Below, one piece after another: positions 1 through 8,469 of a DNA stretch of 32,000 nucleotides (position 1 is the stretch's first letter; each line of letters begins with the position of its first letter). Source of the DNA: Phycisphaera mikurensis NBRC 102666 (GTDB lineage: Bacteria; Planctomycetota; Phycisphaerae; Phycisphaerales; Phycisphaeraceae); the NCBI RefSeq assembly GCF_000284115.1, contig NC_017080.1:2250001-2282000 (forward strand). The letters are read 5' to 3'. The position numbers and the translations under genes were made by a program. The notes under the pieces were generated by a model. The model made no database searches. It was not told where the DNA came from and was given only the letters and a program-made list of their open reading frames with translations.

Positions 1-1889
1 GCTACGTCTTCGAGGCCGTCGACGGCGACGCCCGGGCGTTCCTCGGCGCCGGCGGCGTGGCGGGCGGGCTCGACGCGGCGGAGCCGTTCGCCACCGAGCT
101 GACGCCGGGCTTCCAGACGCCCGAGTGGGCGAAGGACGCCGTCTGGTACCAGGTCTTCGTCGAGCGCTTCCGCAACGGCAACCCCGCCAACGACCCCGGC
201 GCCTACCCCTACGAGAACCTGCTGCCGTGGACCAGCGACTGGTGGGAGACGCACACCGCCTTCGGCGAGGCGGCCGGCGAGGAGAACTTCTACGAGGGCG
301 CCGGCAACGTGTGGGCCCGCCGCTACGGCGGCGACATCCAGGGCCTGCAGGAGGCGCTGCCGTACCTGAAGGAGCTCGGCATCACCGCCCTGTACCTCAA
401 CCCGATCTTCGAGGCCGACTCGATGCACAAGTACGACACGGCGGACTTCCGCCACGTCGACGACAACTTCGGGATCCTCGCAGAGAAGCGCTTCGAGCAG
501 GTGGCCGGCGAGACCGACGACCCGGCGACGTGGAAGATCACGCCGTCGGATCGGGTGTTCCTCGACTTCCTGGAGGTCGCCCACGCCCAGGGCTTCAAGG
601 TCGTCATCGACGGCGTGTTCAACCACACCGGCACCGCGCACCCCTTCTTCCAGGACGTGCTCATGCACGGCCCCGAGTCGGAGTACGCCGACTGGTTCGA
701 GGTCACCGACTGGGGCGACCCCGCGAACTGGGGCAAGCCGGAGATGGCCGGCGAGCCCGGCGGCATCCAGTACAACGCCTGGGACGGGCCCAGCGGCGCG
801 CTGCCGGTGTTCAAGAACGACCCGCAGACCGGCTTGGCGCCGGGGCCGCGCGAGCACATCTTCGCGATCACGAAGCGGTGGCTGGATCCCGACGGCGACG
901 GCGACCCCAGCGACGGCGTAGACGGCTGGCGGCTCGACGTGCCCGGCGACATCGCCCACCCCTTCTGGATCGACTGGCGGAAGGTCGTGAAGGATGTCAA
1001 CCCCGACGCCTACATCGTCGGCGAGATCTGGCCCTGGGCCCACCCCTGGCTCCAGGGCGATCAATTCGACGCGGTCATGAACTACCAGTTCGCGATGCCC
1101 GCGACCGACTTCTTCGCCGACGTGGAGAACCCGATGCCGCCGAGCGTCTTCGCCGAGCGGATGCTCCGCGTGGCGTACGGCTACCCCATGCAGGTCGCGC
1201 TCGCGCAGCAGAACCTCTACGGCAGCCACGACACCGACCGCTTGGCGTCGATGTTCGTGAACACGGACCGTCCCTACGACGGGATGAACCGGATCCAGGA
1301 CTCGGACCCGAGCTACGACAAGCGGAAGCCCGACGCCGAGGAGTGGGCGCGGATGCGGCAGGCGGTCGTCTTCCAGCACGCCTTCCTCGGGGCGCCGATG
1401 ACCTACTACGGCGACGAGGCCGGGATGTGGGGCCCGGACGACCCGAGCAACCGGGCGCCGATGGTGTGGCCGGACGCGGGCACCTTCGAGCAGGAAGGCG
1501 TGGGCTTCGACCCGGAGATGTACGCCTTCTTCCGCCGCGTCATCGCGATCCGCCAGCACCTGCCGGCGCTGCAGCGGGGCGCCTTCAACGTGGTGCTCGC
1601 CGACGACGACGCCGGCGTGTTCGCCTTCGAGCGGGTGCTCGGAGACGAGCGGGTCGTGGTGGTCCACAACCGCAGCGGGCGGGCCCGCGACGTGGAGGTG
1701 CCGGTGGACGCCGAGCGGGTGCTCGACCTGCTGGACCCGGCGACGGCTTCGGTGCCCGCGCCGGATCTCGCGGACCCGCAGCGGCCGGAGCTGGAGGTCC
1801 GCGGCGACGGCCCGGTGCTGCGGGCGAGCGGCGGCGAAGCCACCGTGCGGCTGCCCGCCTGGGGCAGCGCGATCCTCGTCGCTCCATGA
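1..1889 (+). CDS. GH13 alpha-amylase-family glycoside hydrolase (neopullulanase/cyclomaltodextrinase-like), 5'-truncated by the window edge
   Basis: The frame is open from position 3 (YVFEAVDGDARAF...), so the GTG at 57 in the track is probably internal. GH13 catalytic motifs are visible: GGDIQGLQEALPYLKELGITALYLNPIFEADSMHKYD, GFKVVIDGVFNHTG, DGWRLDVPGDI, YIVGEIW, YGSHDTDR. Confidence 0.9.
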   Translation, partial: YVFEAVDGDARAFLGAGGVAGGLDAAEPFATELTPGFQTPEWAKDAVWYQVFVERFRNGNPANDPGAYPYENLLPWTSDWWETHTAFGEAAGEENFYEGAGNVWARRYGGDIQGLQEALPYLKELGITALYLNPIFEADSMHKYDTADFRHVDDNFGILAEKRFEQVAGETDDPATWKITPSDRVFLDFLEVAHAQGFKVVIDGVFNHTGTAHPFFQDVLMHGPESEYADWFEVTDWGDPANWGKPEMAGEPGGIQYNAWDGPSGALPVFKNDPQTGLAPGPREHIFAITKRWLDPDGDGDPSDGVDGWRLDVPGDIAHPFWIDWRKVVKDVNPDAYIVGEIWPWAHPWLQGDQFDAVMNYQFAMPATDFFADVENPMPPSVFAERMLRVAYGYPMQVALAQQNLYGSHDTDRLASMFVNTDRPYDGMNRIQDSDPSYDKRKPDAEEWARMRQAVVFQHAFLGAPMTYYGDEAGMWGPDDPSNRAPMVWPDAGTFEQEGVGFDPEMYAFFRRVIAIRQHLPALQRGAFNVVLADDDAGVFAFERVLGDERVVVVHNRSGRARDVEVPVDAERVLDLLDPATASVPAPDLADPQRPELEVRGDGPVLRASGGEATVRLPAWGSAILVAP

Positions 1890-1938
1890 TGCCGGCCGCC
1901 CGCCTGGGCTTGGTTCCCCCTCCTCCTCCGGACTCCCG

Positions 1939-2949
1939 ATGCGAATGCTCCCTCTGCTCATCCTCGCCGCCGCCGCCGCGACGCTCCCCGCTTGCGCGAC
2001 GACCCGACCCGAAGCGGCGCCGCCGGCGTCCGCCCCGCCGCGGGCGTTCGCCGACGCCGTGGGGCTCGACAACGGCCGGGTGCGGCTGGAGGTCTCCCCC
2101 GCGGTCGGCCGCGTGGTGCACTTCGGGCCGGTGGGCGGGCGGAACCTGCTGTGGGTGGCCCCAGCGGGTGCGGCGACGACGCCGGGCGCCGACGGGCAGG
2201 CTTACGACAACGTCGGCGGCGACAAGCTCTGGCCGACCTCGCAGGCGCTGTGGGAGGCGGCGACGGGGAACCGGATCTGGCCGCCGGACGGCGTGCTCGA
2301 CGGCGCGCCCTGGGAGCTGGTCGTGGCCGACGCCGACCGCGTCGTGATCCGCAGCCCCGAGAGCGACGACTACAAGCTGGTGGTGACGCGGGAGTTCCGC
2401 CTGGAGGGTGCGGGTGCGCGGATCCGCAACACGCTGCTGCGGACCGCGGCGAACCCGTTCCCCGTGTCGGCCTGGACGGTGACCCAGGTGCCGATGCCAA
2501 GGACCGCCCTCCTGGACGCGGCGGGCGATCGCCCCGCTGGCACGCCGGCGTCGCGGCCCCTCACGCCGGAGACGCCGGACCGCATCGCGGGTCGGCTGGG
2601 CGTGGCGGGCGCGGCCGGGGCCGACGCCGGCGCCGTCGCGTGGGAGCAGGCGGGCCCGCTGCACGCGAAGCTCGGCAGCTTCGGCCGCTGGGTGGCCGCG
2701 GTCTACGACGACCTGACCTTCCTGCAGCGCACGGCGTACGACCCCGCCGGCGGCTACCTCGACGCGTCCAGCGTGCAGGTCTACCGCGGCGAGCCCTACC
2801 TGGAGCTGGAGCTCTGGAGCCCGCTGGCACAGCTCGCGCCCGGCGAGGAGCTGAGCAACGAGGTGGTCTGGGAGCTGATCGAGGCGCCGGCGGAGCGAGC
2901 CACGGCGGAGCTCCTGCGGCGGGACGCGGAAGCGGAAGCAGGCCGCTGA
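1939..2949 (+). CDS. Hypothetical lipoprotein of unknown function, possibly a mutarotase-like/DUF4380-like fold (assigned from memory only)
   Basis: ATG start. N-terminus MRMLPLLILAAAAATLPAC has a signal peptide plus a lipobox Cys. Amino-acid composition looks protein-like, unlike the overlapping Arg/Pro shadow frames. Lies 50 nt downstream of the GH13 gene on the same strand. Confidence 0.6.
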   Translation: MRMLPLLILAAAAATLPACATTRPEAAPPASAPPRAFADAVGLDNGRVRLEVSPAVGRVVHFGPVGGRNLLWVAPAGAATTPGADGQAYDNVGGDKLWPTSQALWEAATGNRIWPPDGVLDGAPWELVVADADRVVIRSPESDDYKLVVTREFRLEGAGARIRNTLLRTAANPFPVSAWTVTQVPMPRTALLDAAGDRPAGTPASRPLTPETPDRIAGRLGVAGAAGADAGAVAWEQAGPLHAKLGSFGRWVAAVYDDLTFLQRTAYDPAGGYLDASSVQVYRGEPYLELELWSPLAQLAPGEELSNEVVWELIEAPAERATAELLRRDAEAEAGR

Positions 2950-2987
2950 ACCGGGGCACTTGCGCCCCCCGCCCCCGGGGGTGAGCG

Positions 2988-3683
2988 TCAGGCGCCGGCG
3001 ACGAAGCGTTCGGGCAGCTCGGACAGCGTCTCCCGCATCGCCGCCTCGCCGCCGAACTGGAAGCCGAGCTGGGTCGTGTAGGCGGCGCAGGCGTCGAGCT
3101 TCGCCGCGAGCGCGGCGGGCCGCGCCGGCACGGCCTCGCCGCGGGTGCGTTCGGCCACGCCGCAGCGCAGCACGTACGGGGTGTCGAGCCAGTGGAGGCG
3201 GCGCCCCGGCGGGACGGCCGATCGGGCCGCGGCGATGACGTGCAGGTGATCGGCGTGGTTGCCCAGGCCGTGCGGAAGGTACACGCGGTCGGCCCCGCAG
3301 AATCCGCGGATCGCGGCCGAAACGGCGGCCTCGGTGCCGCGGTCCGCGGGCCGCACGCCGGCGAAGAGCTCCGCAGCGCTCCCGTAGCCGCGGTGAGGCG
3401 CCTCGGGCAGGTCGAGGTGGTGGACGCGGTCGCGGGCGAGGCCGAGGCGGGCGGCGGCGGCGAGGTCTTCCCTCCGGCGGAGGGCGAGGTAGTCGGCGTC
3501 CGCCGGCAGGCCCTTGTCCAGCTGGCAGGCGAGGGCGAACCCGGCCGGGTCCGGAACGCTGCGCGTGAAGACGGTGACCAGGTCGACGCGCCAGCCGTCG
3601 GCGACGAGCTGCGCGAGGGTGGAGCCCGCGGAGAAGGCCGCGTCGTCGAGGTGGGGCGAGAGGAAGACGGCGGAGCGGGTCAC
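2988..3683 (-). CDS. PIG-L/LmbE-family N-acetylglucosaminyl deacetylase
   Basis: N-terminal VFLSPHLDDAAFSAG matches the PIG-L SPHxDD metal-binding motif, and a later HADHLHV matches the HxDH motif. About 230 aa. The GTG start overlaps the upstream GT4 stop as GTGA (3680-3683). Confidence 0.85.
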   Translation of the reverse strand: MTRSAVFLSPHLDDAAFSAGSTLAQLVADGWRVDLVTVFTRSVPDPAGFALACQLDKGLPADADYLALRRREDLAAAARLGLARDRVHHLDLPEAPHRGYGSAAELFAGVRPADRGTEAAVSAAIRGFCGADRVYLPHGLGNHADHLHVIAAARSAVPPGRRLHWLDTPYVLRCGVAERTRGEAVPARPAALAAKLDACAAYTTQLGFQFGGEAAMRETLSELPERFVAGA

Positions 3684-4900
3684 AGCAGGTGAGGCTTCGC
3701 CCGGTAGACGCAGGGCTCCGGCTCGCCTTCGAGTTCATCGAAGGCGTCGCGGGGCGGCGACGCGAGGACCGCCTCGTACACCCGCTCGATCGCGCCGGCG
3801 ATCACGGGCCAGGCGAAGTTCTCGCGGACGCGCCCGAGCGCGGCCGCGGCGAGCCGCTCGCGGAGCGGGGCGTCGTCAAGCAGGCGCCCGATCGCGGCGG
3901 CCAGCGCGGGGACGTCCGACACGGGCACCAGGAGGGAGTCGCGGCCGTCCTTCAGGCAGTCGACCACGCCGGTGGTCTCGCAGCTGACGATCGGCAGGCC
4001 GGTGGCCATCGCCTCGAGGATGGTGTTGCTGAAGCCCTCGGCGTGCGTGGGGCTGACGAAGAGGTCGGCCTCGCGGTAGACGGCCGGGGCTTGGGCGTAC
4101 GCGGCCGCGCCGGTGGCGGTGGCCCCGGGCGTGCCGGCGCACCGCGCGGCGACCTCCTCCTGGTCGGGGCCGATCCCGCTGACGCGGAGGACCACGTTGC
4201 GGCCGTCTGCGCGCAGCCGGTCGAAGGCGTCCAGCAGCTCGATCACGCCCTTCCGGCGGTCGACGCGGCCGTGGTAGAGCAGGCGGACCGGCGAGGACGC
4301 CGCGCCGGGCGCCCGTCCCGGCCGCGGGTGGAACCGGTCGGTGTCGACGGCGCCCGGCACGACGGTGAAGCCGGAGCGCGGCACGTCGAGCCGATCCGCG
4401 ACCGTTCGGGCGAAGCCGTCGCTGCCGATGATGACGGCGTCGCTCTGCGTGCAGACGCGCCGCATCGCGACGCGGTGCGTCGCGCAGCACTCCCCCACCC
4501 AGTGGCCATCGCCGCCCTGGATGCTGACGACCGCGGGCAGGCCCAGCTTGCGGGCGACGCGGAGGGCGGCGAAGCCGGTGGGGTAGCCGTACTGCGCGTG
4601 GACGAGGTCGAAGGGCCGCTGGGCGTGGCGACGCTCGACCTCGGCGGTCATCACCGCCATGTCGGCCTCGAAGTCGCCCCGCTCCTGCTCGTGCGTGCTC
4701 TCGAAGCCGACGACCTCGGCGCCCGGGATCGCGGGGGGCTCGCCGCCGCCGTAGACGCCGGCGCTCGCGCCGCCGTAGTACTGGCTGAGCATGGTGACTC
4801 CGTGGCCGCGCGCGACCAGCTGGCGGACCATGTTGTCGGCGTACACCGCCATGCCGCTGACCGTGGGGAAGTAGCGGCGGGAGAGGAAGCAGATCCTCAT
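3680..4900 (-). CDS. GT4-family glycosyltransferase (MshA/BshA/PIG-A-like retaining GT-B)
   Basis: N-terminus MRICFLSRRYFPTVSGMAVYADNMVRQLVARGH. C-terminal EX7E region EGFSNTILEAMATGLPIV followed by GVVDCLKDGRDSLLVP. I prefer the ATG at 4900, which has GGGAG 8 nt upstream; the track ORF extends to a GTG at 4921. Confidence 0.85.
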   Translation of the reverse strand: MRICFLSRRYFPTVSGMAVYADNMVRQLVARGHGVTMLSQYYGGASAGVYGGGEPPAIPGAEVVGFESTHEQERGDFEADMAVMTAEVERRHAQRPFDLVHAQYGYPTGFAALRVARKLGLPAVVSIQGGDGHWVGECCATHRVAMRRVCTQSDAVIIGSDGFARTVADRLDVPRSGFTVVPGAVDTDRFHPRPGRAPGAASSPVRLLYHGRVDRRKGVIELLDAFDRLRADGRNVVLRVSGIGPDQEEVAARCAGTPGATATGAAAYAQAPAVYREADLFVSPTHAEGFSNTILEAMATGLPIVSCETTGVVDCLKDGRDSLLVPVSDVPALAAAIGRLLDDAPLRERLAAAALGRVRENFAWPVIAGAIERVYEAVLASPPRDAFDELEGEPEPCVYRAKPHLL

Positions 4901-4970
4901 CGCGCACGCTCCCGGAACCACCGGGGCGACGAGCCGACGCGGGGCCGCGGAGCGGGTGGCGCGAGGCGGC

Positions 4971-6443
4971 TCATGAAGGCTCCTCCGCGAGGGCGATGGC
5001 GTGCACCTCCGGCTCGCGGTAGAGCGCGTACAGCGGCTCCATCCGCTCGTCGAGCTTGGGCGTTGCCAGCCACGCGTCGCGGCCGTCGGGCAGCGGCACG
5101 GGCCGGGCGCCGGCGGGCGGCCGGCCGTAGCCGGCCAGGTCGCTGCCGCGGCCGACGAGCCGGTCGAGGTTGCGGGCGCCGATGCGGTGGTACGTCACCG
5201 TCTCGACCTCCATCTCCGGCACGATCGCCTTGCACGCGGCGAGGCCGGTCGGACCGTCGGGCAGGCAGTCCAGGTGGAAGACGTCCAGGCCTTCCGCGGC
5301 GTACCGCGCCAGCACCTCGTCGAGCAGCTTCTCGGGCGTGTCGACCCGTGCGGGCTCGACGGTCGGCAGCTCGCTGAAGCGGACCGTCGCCTCCACGCGG
5401 AAGATCGTCGGTTCCAGCAGCGCCATCGTCTCCTCGGCGGTGAGGTTCACGAGGTCGCGCACGCCCTCGAAGCTGCGGGACTCTTCGACCGTCGCGGGGT
5501 TCGCCCGGAACGCGGCGAGGTAGCCGTCGGGGAAGAGGTGCTCCATCCGGTCGAGCGGACCGTGGCTGAAGAACTTCCGCACCCGGCTGGCACAAAACTC
5601 CAGCAGCGCCTTCTGCAGCGCGGCCTCGCGATCGGGGTGCGCCGCCTCGCCACAGCCCGAGAGCATCACCGGGTGCGGGCACGCCGCGGGGTCCCGCTCG
5701 TGCCCCACCACGTACAGGTTGGTCATGCCCAGGTTCGTGTCGGCGAGCTTGACGATGACCTCGATGCCGAGTTTGTCGAGCGTCGTCAGCAGATTGCGGC
5801 TGATCGGATCCTCCACGCGGTCGAGATCCACGCGGATGCCGCGGTCCAGGGCGCGGTAGCCGGCGGAGTTGCCGTCGCGCTGCACGAGCTCGAGGAGCCC
5901 GTGGCCGAGCGCCCGCTCGTAGGTGTCCCCGGCGCCGTTGCCGTTGCTGACCGGCTGGTACAGCGGCCGCTCGCCCTCGGCGAGCCGGAGGTCGTAGGTG
6001 TGGGTGACGGCGGCTTCCACCGGGATCCAGGCCTCGGGCTGGTCGGCCCAAGCGACGCCGTCGACGTGCCGGCGGACCTTCACCCACGTCAGCTCGCGGT
6101 GCTCGTCCCACGCGGTGCCGGCGGGCAGCCGCAGGCGGCGGGGATCCACGGCGTCGAGGCCTTCGGCCCGCAGGCCGTGCAGGCTCGCGACGCGCCGCTG
6201 CAGCGCAGCCCCGGCGCGGTGCGCCGCGGTCTGCTCCAGGAGCTCGGCCCACGTGCCCACCAGCGCCCGCGTGTCGCTGGGCCCGTAGCCGATGCCGTTG
6301 ATCATCTCGCCGTCCTCCTGCCACTGCGTGACGCTCCAGACGGGCACACCGGTGACGTCGAGCGGCGTGATCGCGAACTCGAAGCTCCTCGCTTCGGGCG
6401 CGAGGCGGCGGAGGCGGTCGAGGGTGGTCTGGAGGTCAGGCAT
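4971..6443 (-). CDS. YcaO-domain protein (ATP-dependent amide-activating superfamily), stand-alone
   Basis: Four regions align to the E. coli YcaO sequence as I remember it. NGIGYGPSDTRALVGTWAELLEQ matches NGKGATKKAALASALGEYFERL. VSNGNGAGDTYERALGHGLLELVQRDG matches VSNGMSAGNTRNEARVQGLSEVFERY. GEAAHPDREAALQKALLEF matches GAHPDFGVALERTVTELL. ACKAIVPEME matches CRIIVPGMS. The ATG at 6443 overlaps the upstream MBL stop by 8 nt. Confidence 0.88.
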   Translation of the reverse strand: MPDLQTTLDRLRRLAPEARSFEFAITPLDVTGVPVWSVTQWQEDGEMINGIGYGPSDTRALVGTWAELLEQTAAHRAGAALQRRVASLHGLRAEGLDAVDPRRLRLPAGTAWDEHRELTWVKVRRHVDGVAWADQPEAWIPVEAAVTHTYDLRLAEGERPLYQPVSNGNGAGDTYERALGHGLLELVQRDGNSAGYRALDRGIRVDLDRVEDPISRNLLTTLDKLGIEVIVKLADTNLGMTNLYVVGHERDPAACPHPVMLSGCGEAAHPDREAALQKALLEFCASRVRKFFSHGPLDRMEHLFPDGYLAAFRANPATVEESRSFEGVRDLVNLTAEETMALLEPTIFRVEATVRFSELPTVEPARVDTPEKLLDEVLARYAAEGLDVFHLDCLPDGPTGLAACKAIVPEMEVETVTYHRIGARNLDRLVGRGSDLAGYGRPPAGARPVPLPDGRDAWLATPKLDERMEPLYALYREPEVHAIALAEEPS

Positions 6444-7281
6444 TCGGTGCGGGTTCGGGGATCGGGAAGGGGTCGGCGGAGGGATCGCCCGCCAGCTGGG
6501 CGTCGAGCAGGGCCATCGCCGCGGCTTTGCCGCCGGAGGTCACGACCTCCCAGGGCGTGATGACGGCGTCGAAGTCCAGGGAGGCGAAGAGGTCGCGGTA
6601 GCGGCGGGCGTCGCCGTGGGTGATCGGGATGTGCGCGTCATAGGCCTTGTGCGTCGAGATCGTCTCGGCCACGCCCACCGTCTGCCCCTGCTCGGGGAAG
6701 GTGAACTTGAGCGCGTCGCCGCAGTACAGGCGGCCGTTGACGGCGTCGTGGAGGACGGTGTGGTCGGGGGTGTGGCCGGCGGTCCGGTGGAGGGCGAAGC
6801 CGGGCGCCAGCTCCCACGCCTCGTCGAAGGGGAGGGTCACCGAGAACGCCTGGCACCACGGCAACGCCTCCGCCTGGAAGACGGCCCGCGGCTCGAAGCG
6901 GTCGGCCACCCGCCAGAGGCCGCCGTACACGTGCGCGTGGCTCGCGGCGAGGAACGCGACGCCTCCGCGCGCCTGGAGGTGGTCCAGCGCCGCCTCGTCG
7001 TACCAGCCGCAGCCGTCGAAGTGCGCGTTGCCTCCGGGCGTCTCGATGAGGTAGCCGCTGCTACCGATTCCGATCGACGGGGTCGTGGTGAAGCGGGTGA
7101 CGCCGGGCAGCGGCTCGTCCCAGGACACGGCCTGCCGCGCGTCAACCTGCGCCGGCGTGGCGAAGGCGTAGCCGCCGGGCGGCAGCGGGTGCCGGTAGTC
7201 CTCGCAGACCGGGCAGGCGACCGGCTCGGCGGGACGCTTCTGCCAGAAGCCGCAGTTCTCGCAGACGTAGGGGCTCAGCAC
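6436..7281 (-). CDS. MBL-fold metallo-hydrolase-like protein with an N-terminal CxxC...CxxC zinc ribbon
   Basis: N-terminus VCENCGFWQKRPAEPVACPVCEDY contains two CxxC pairs. MBL-like elements are AASHAHVYGG (a degenerate HxHxDH), GHTPDHTVLHD and YCGDAL. GTG start at 7281. Confidence 0.7.
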   Translation of the reverse strand: MLSPYVCENCGFWQKRPAEPVACPVCEDYRHPLPPGGYAFATPAQVDARQAVSWDEPLPGVTRFTTTPSIGIGSSGYLIETPGGNAHFDGCGWYDEAALDHLQARGGVAFLAASHAHVYGGLWRVADRFEPRAVFQAEALPWCQAFSVTLPFDEAWELAPGFALHRTAGHTPDHTVLHDAVNGRLYCGDALKFTFPEQGQTVGVAETISTHKAYDAHIPITHGDARRYRDLFASLDFDAVITPWEVVTSGGKAAAMALLDAQLAGDPSADPFPIPEPAPNA

Positions 7282-7301
7282 GCGGGGTCCTTTGCGGCGA
7301 C

Positions 7302-7385
7302 GGCGTGCCCGGTGGCCTCGGGTCCGCCCGACGCACCCCGGCCCGCCGCGCGTGTCCGCGTCGGGCGTGCCCGGTGCCGCCTCGG
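7302..7385 (-). repeat. Direct repeat GGCGTGCCCGGTG...GCCTCGG (two copies, 62 nt apart) flanking a 9-bp inverted repeat, in the only large gap inside the operon
   Basis: Copies at 7302-7321 and 7364-7385; the first 13 nt are identical. The inverted repeat pairs CGCCCGACG (7325-7333) with CGTCGGGCG (7359-7367). Confidence 0.5.
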
Positions 7386-7407
7386 CGTCGTTGCAGCGGG
7401 AGCGGGT

Positions 7408-8469
7408 TCACCGGGCACGGGCTCCCTCCCCGGCGCAGCGGTCCAGCAGCCGCATCGTGTGCAGGTCTTCGTCCGGGTCGAAGCCGGCGAAGCTCCCGCG
7501 GAGGCAGGCGTCGGCGAAGGCCTCGACGAGGTTCAAGAAGGGGCTGCGGCCCTCCGGCGGGAAGCGGTGCGTCTTCGCGGATCCGTCTGCCGCCCGCGTG
7601 ATCGTCAGCGTTCCGCCGGGGTCCTGGCCCATCGTGTTCTCGCAGCGGGCCATGGCTTCGGTGCCGTACACCTCCAGCGTGCGGCGTGGGAAGGTTTCGG
7701 GGCGGTTGTAGGCGACGGTGTGGCTGAGCAGCACGCCCGAGGCGGTGCGGGCGGAGATCGCCGCGCCGTCGTCCACGGGCGTGTCGGTGTGGACGCGCCG
7801 CTGGAGGAAGCAGGAGACGTCCTCGATCCGCTCGCCGACCAGCCGCTGGAACAGGTCCAGCCCGTGCGGGGCGAGGTCGATCATGGCCCCGCCGCCGGCA
7901 CGCCGGGGATCGACCCGCCAGTTGTCGTGCGCTTCGGCGTTGGGCGGGGCCCAGTCGCGGCCGGTCCAGCAGGCGTAGTGGATGCGGACGCAGGTGAGGG
8001 TGCCGAGCTCGCCGGCGTCGATCCGCCGCTTCAGCTCCAGGTGGGCGGGGTGATGCCGCTGGTCGAAGGCGGTGGCGATGGGCACACCCGAGCGTCTCGT
8101 CTCGGCCACCATGCGCTGCGCCTCCTCGGCGTTGCGGGCGGTCGGCTTCTCGCAGAGCACCGGCTTCCCGGCGTGGCAGGCGGCGATGGACGCGGCGGCG
8201 TGCAGGTGGTTCGGCGTGCAGACGTAGACGGCGCCCACGGCGGGGTCGGCGAGCAGGGCCTCCAGCGAGCCGTGCGTGCGGTCGGCGCCGAGCGCTTCGG
8301 CCGCGGGCCGACGCGGATCGAAGGCCGCGGCGAGGTGGCCGTTGCGGCTGGCGCGGACCGCGGGCGCGGCGTAGTCCGTGGCCAGCCAGCCGCAGCCGAC
8401 CACGCCCCAGCCGACGCGGGCGCCGATCAAACCGAGTCCCCCGTGCCGCAGCCGCCCCAGTCGCTCCAC
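7408..8469 (-). CDS. Gfo/Idh/MocA-family NAD(P)-dependent oxidoreductase (inositol/sugar dehydrogenase-like)
   Basis: Rossmann N-terminus [20 protein letters not shown], then [30 protein letters not shown] (the family EKP motif). The track start is the GTG at 8469. A TTG at 8430 would give a TTGA overlap with the upstream stop and a more typical N-terminal length. Confidence 0.85.

Noticed and set aside
2988-4900. Annotating the GT4 and PIG-L genes directly as bshA/bshB or mshA/mshB (bacillithiol or mycothiol synthesis)
   Set aside because: The pairing logic is the same, but no bshC, mshC or mshD is present. Family membership alone cannot identify the acceptor, and the operon context (cyclase, YcaO, MBL) differs from both known pathways.
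7142-7411. An 89-aa ORF starting in the Gfo/MBL intergenic gap, considered as a possible YcaO precursor peptide
   Set aside because: It runs about 140 nt into the MBL gene in another frame. It is Arg/Pro-rich with no Cys/Ser/Thr-rich core, and it has no RBS. The other two frames of the gap contain no start codon before the MBL GTG.
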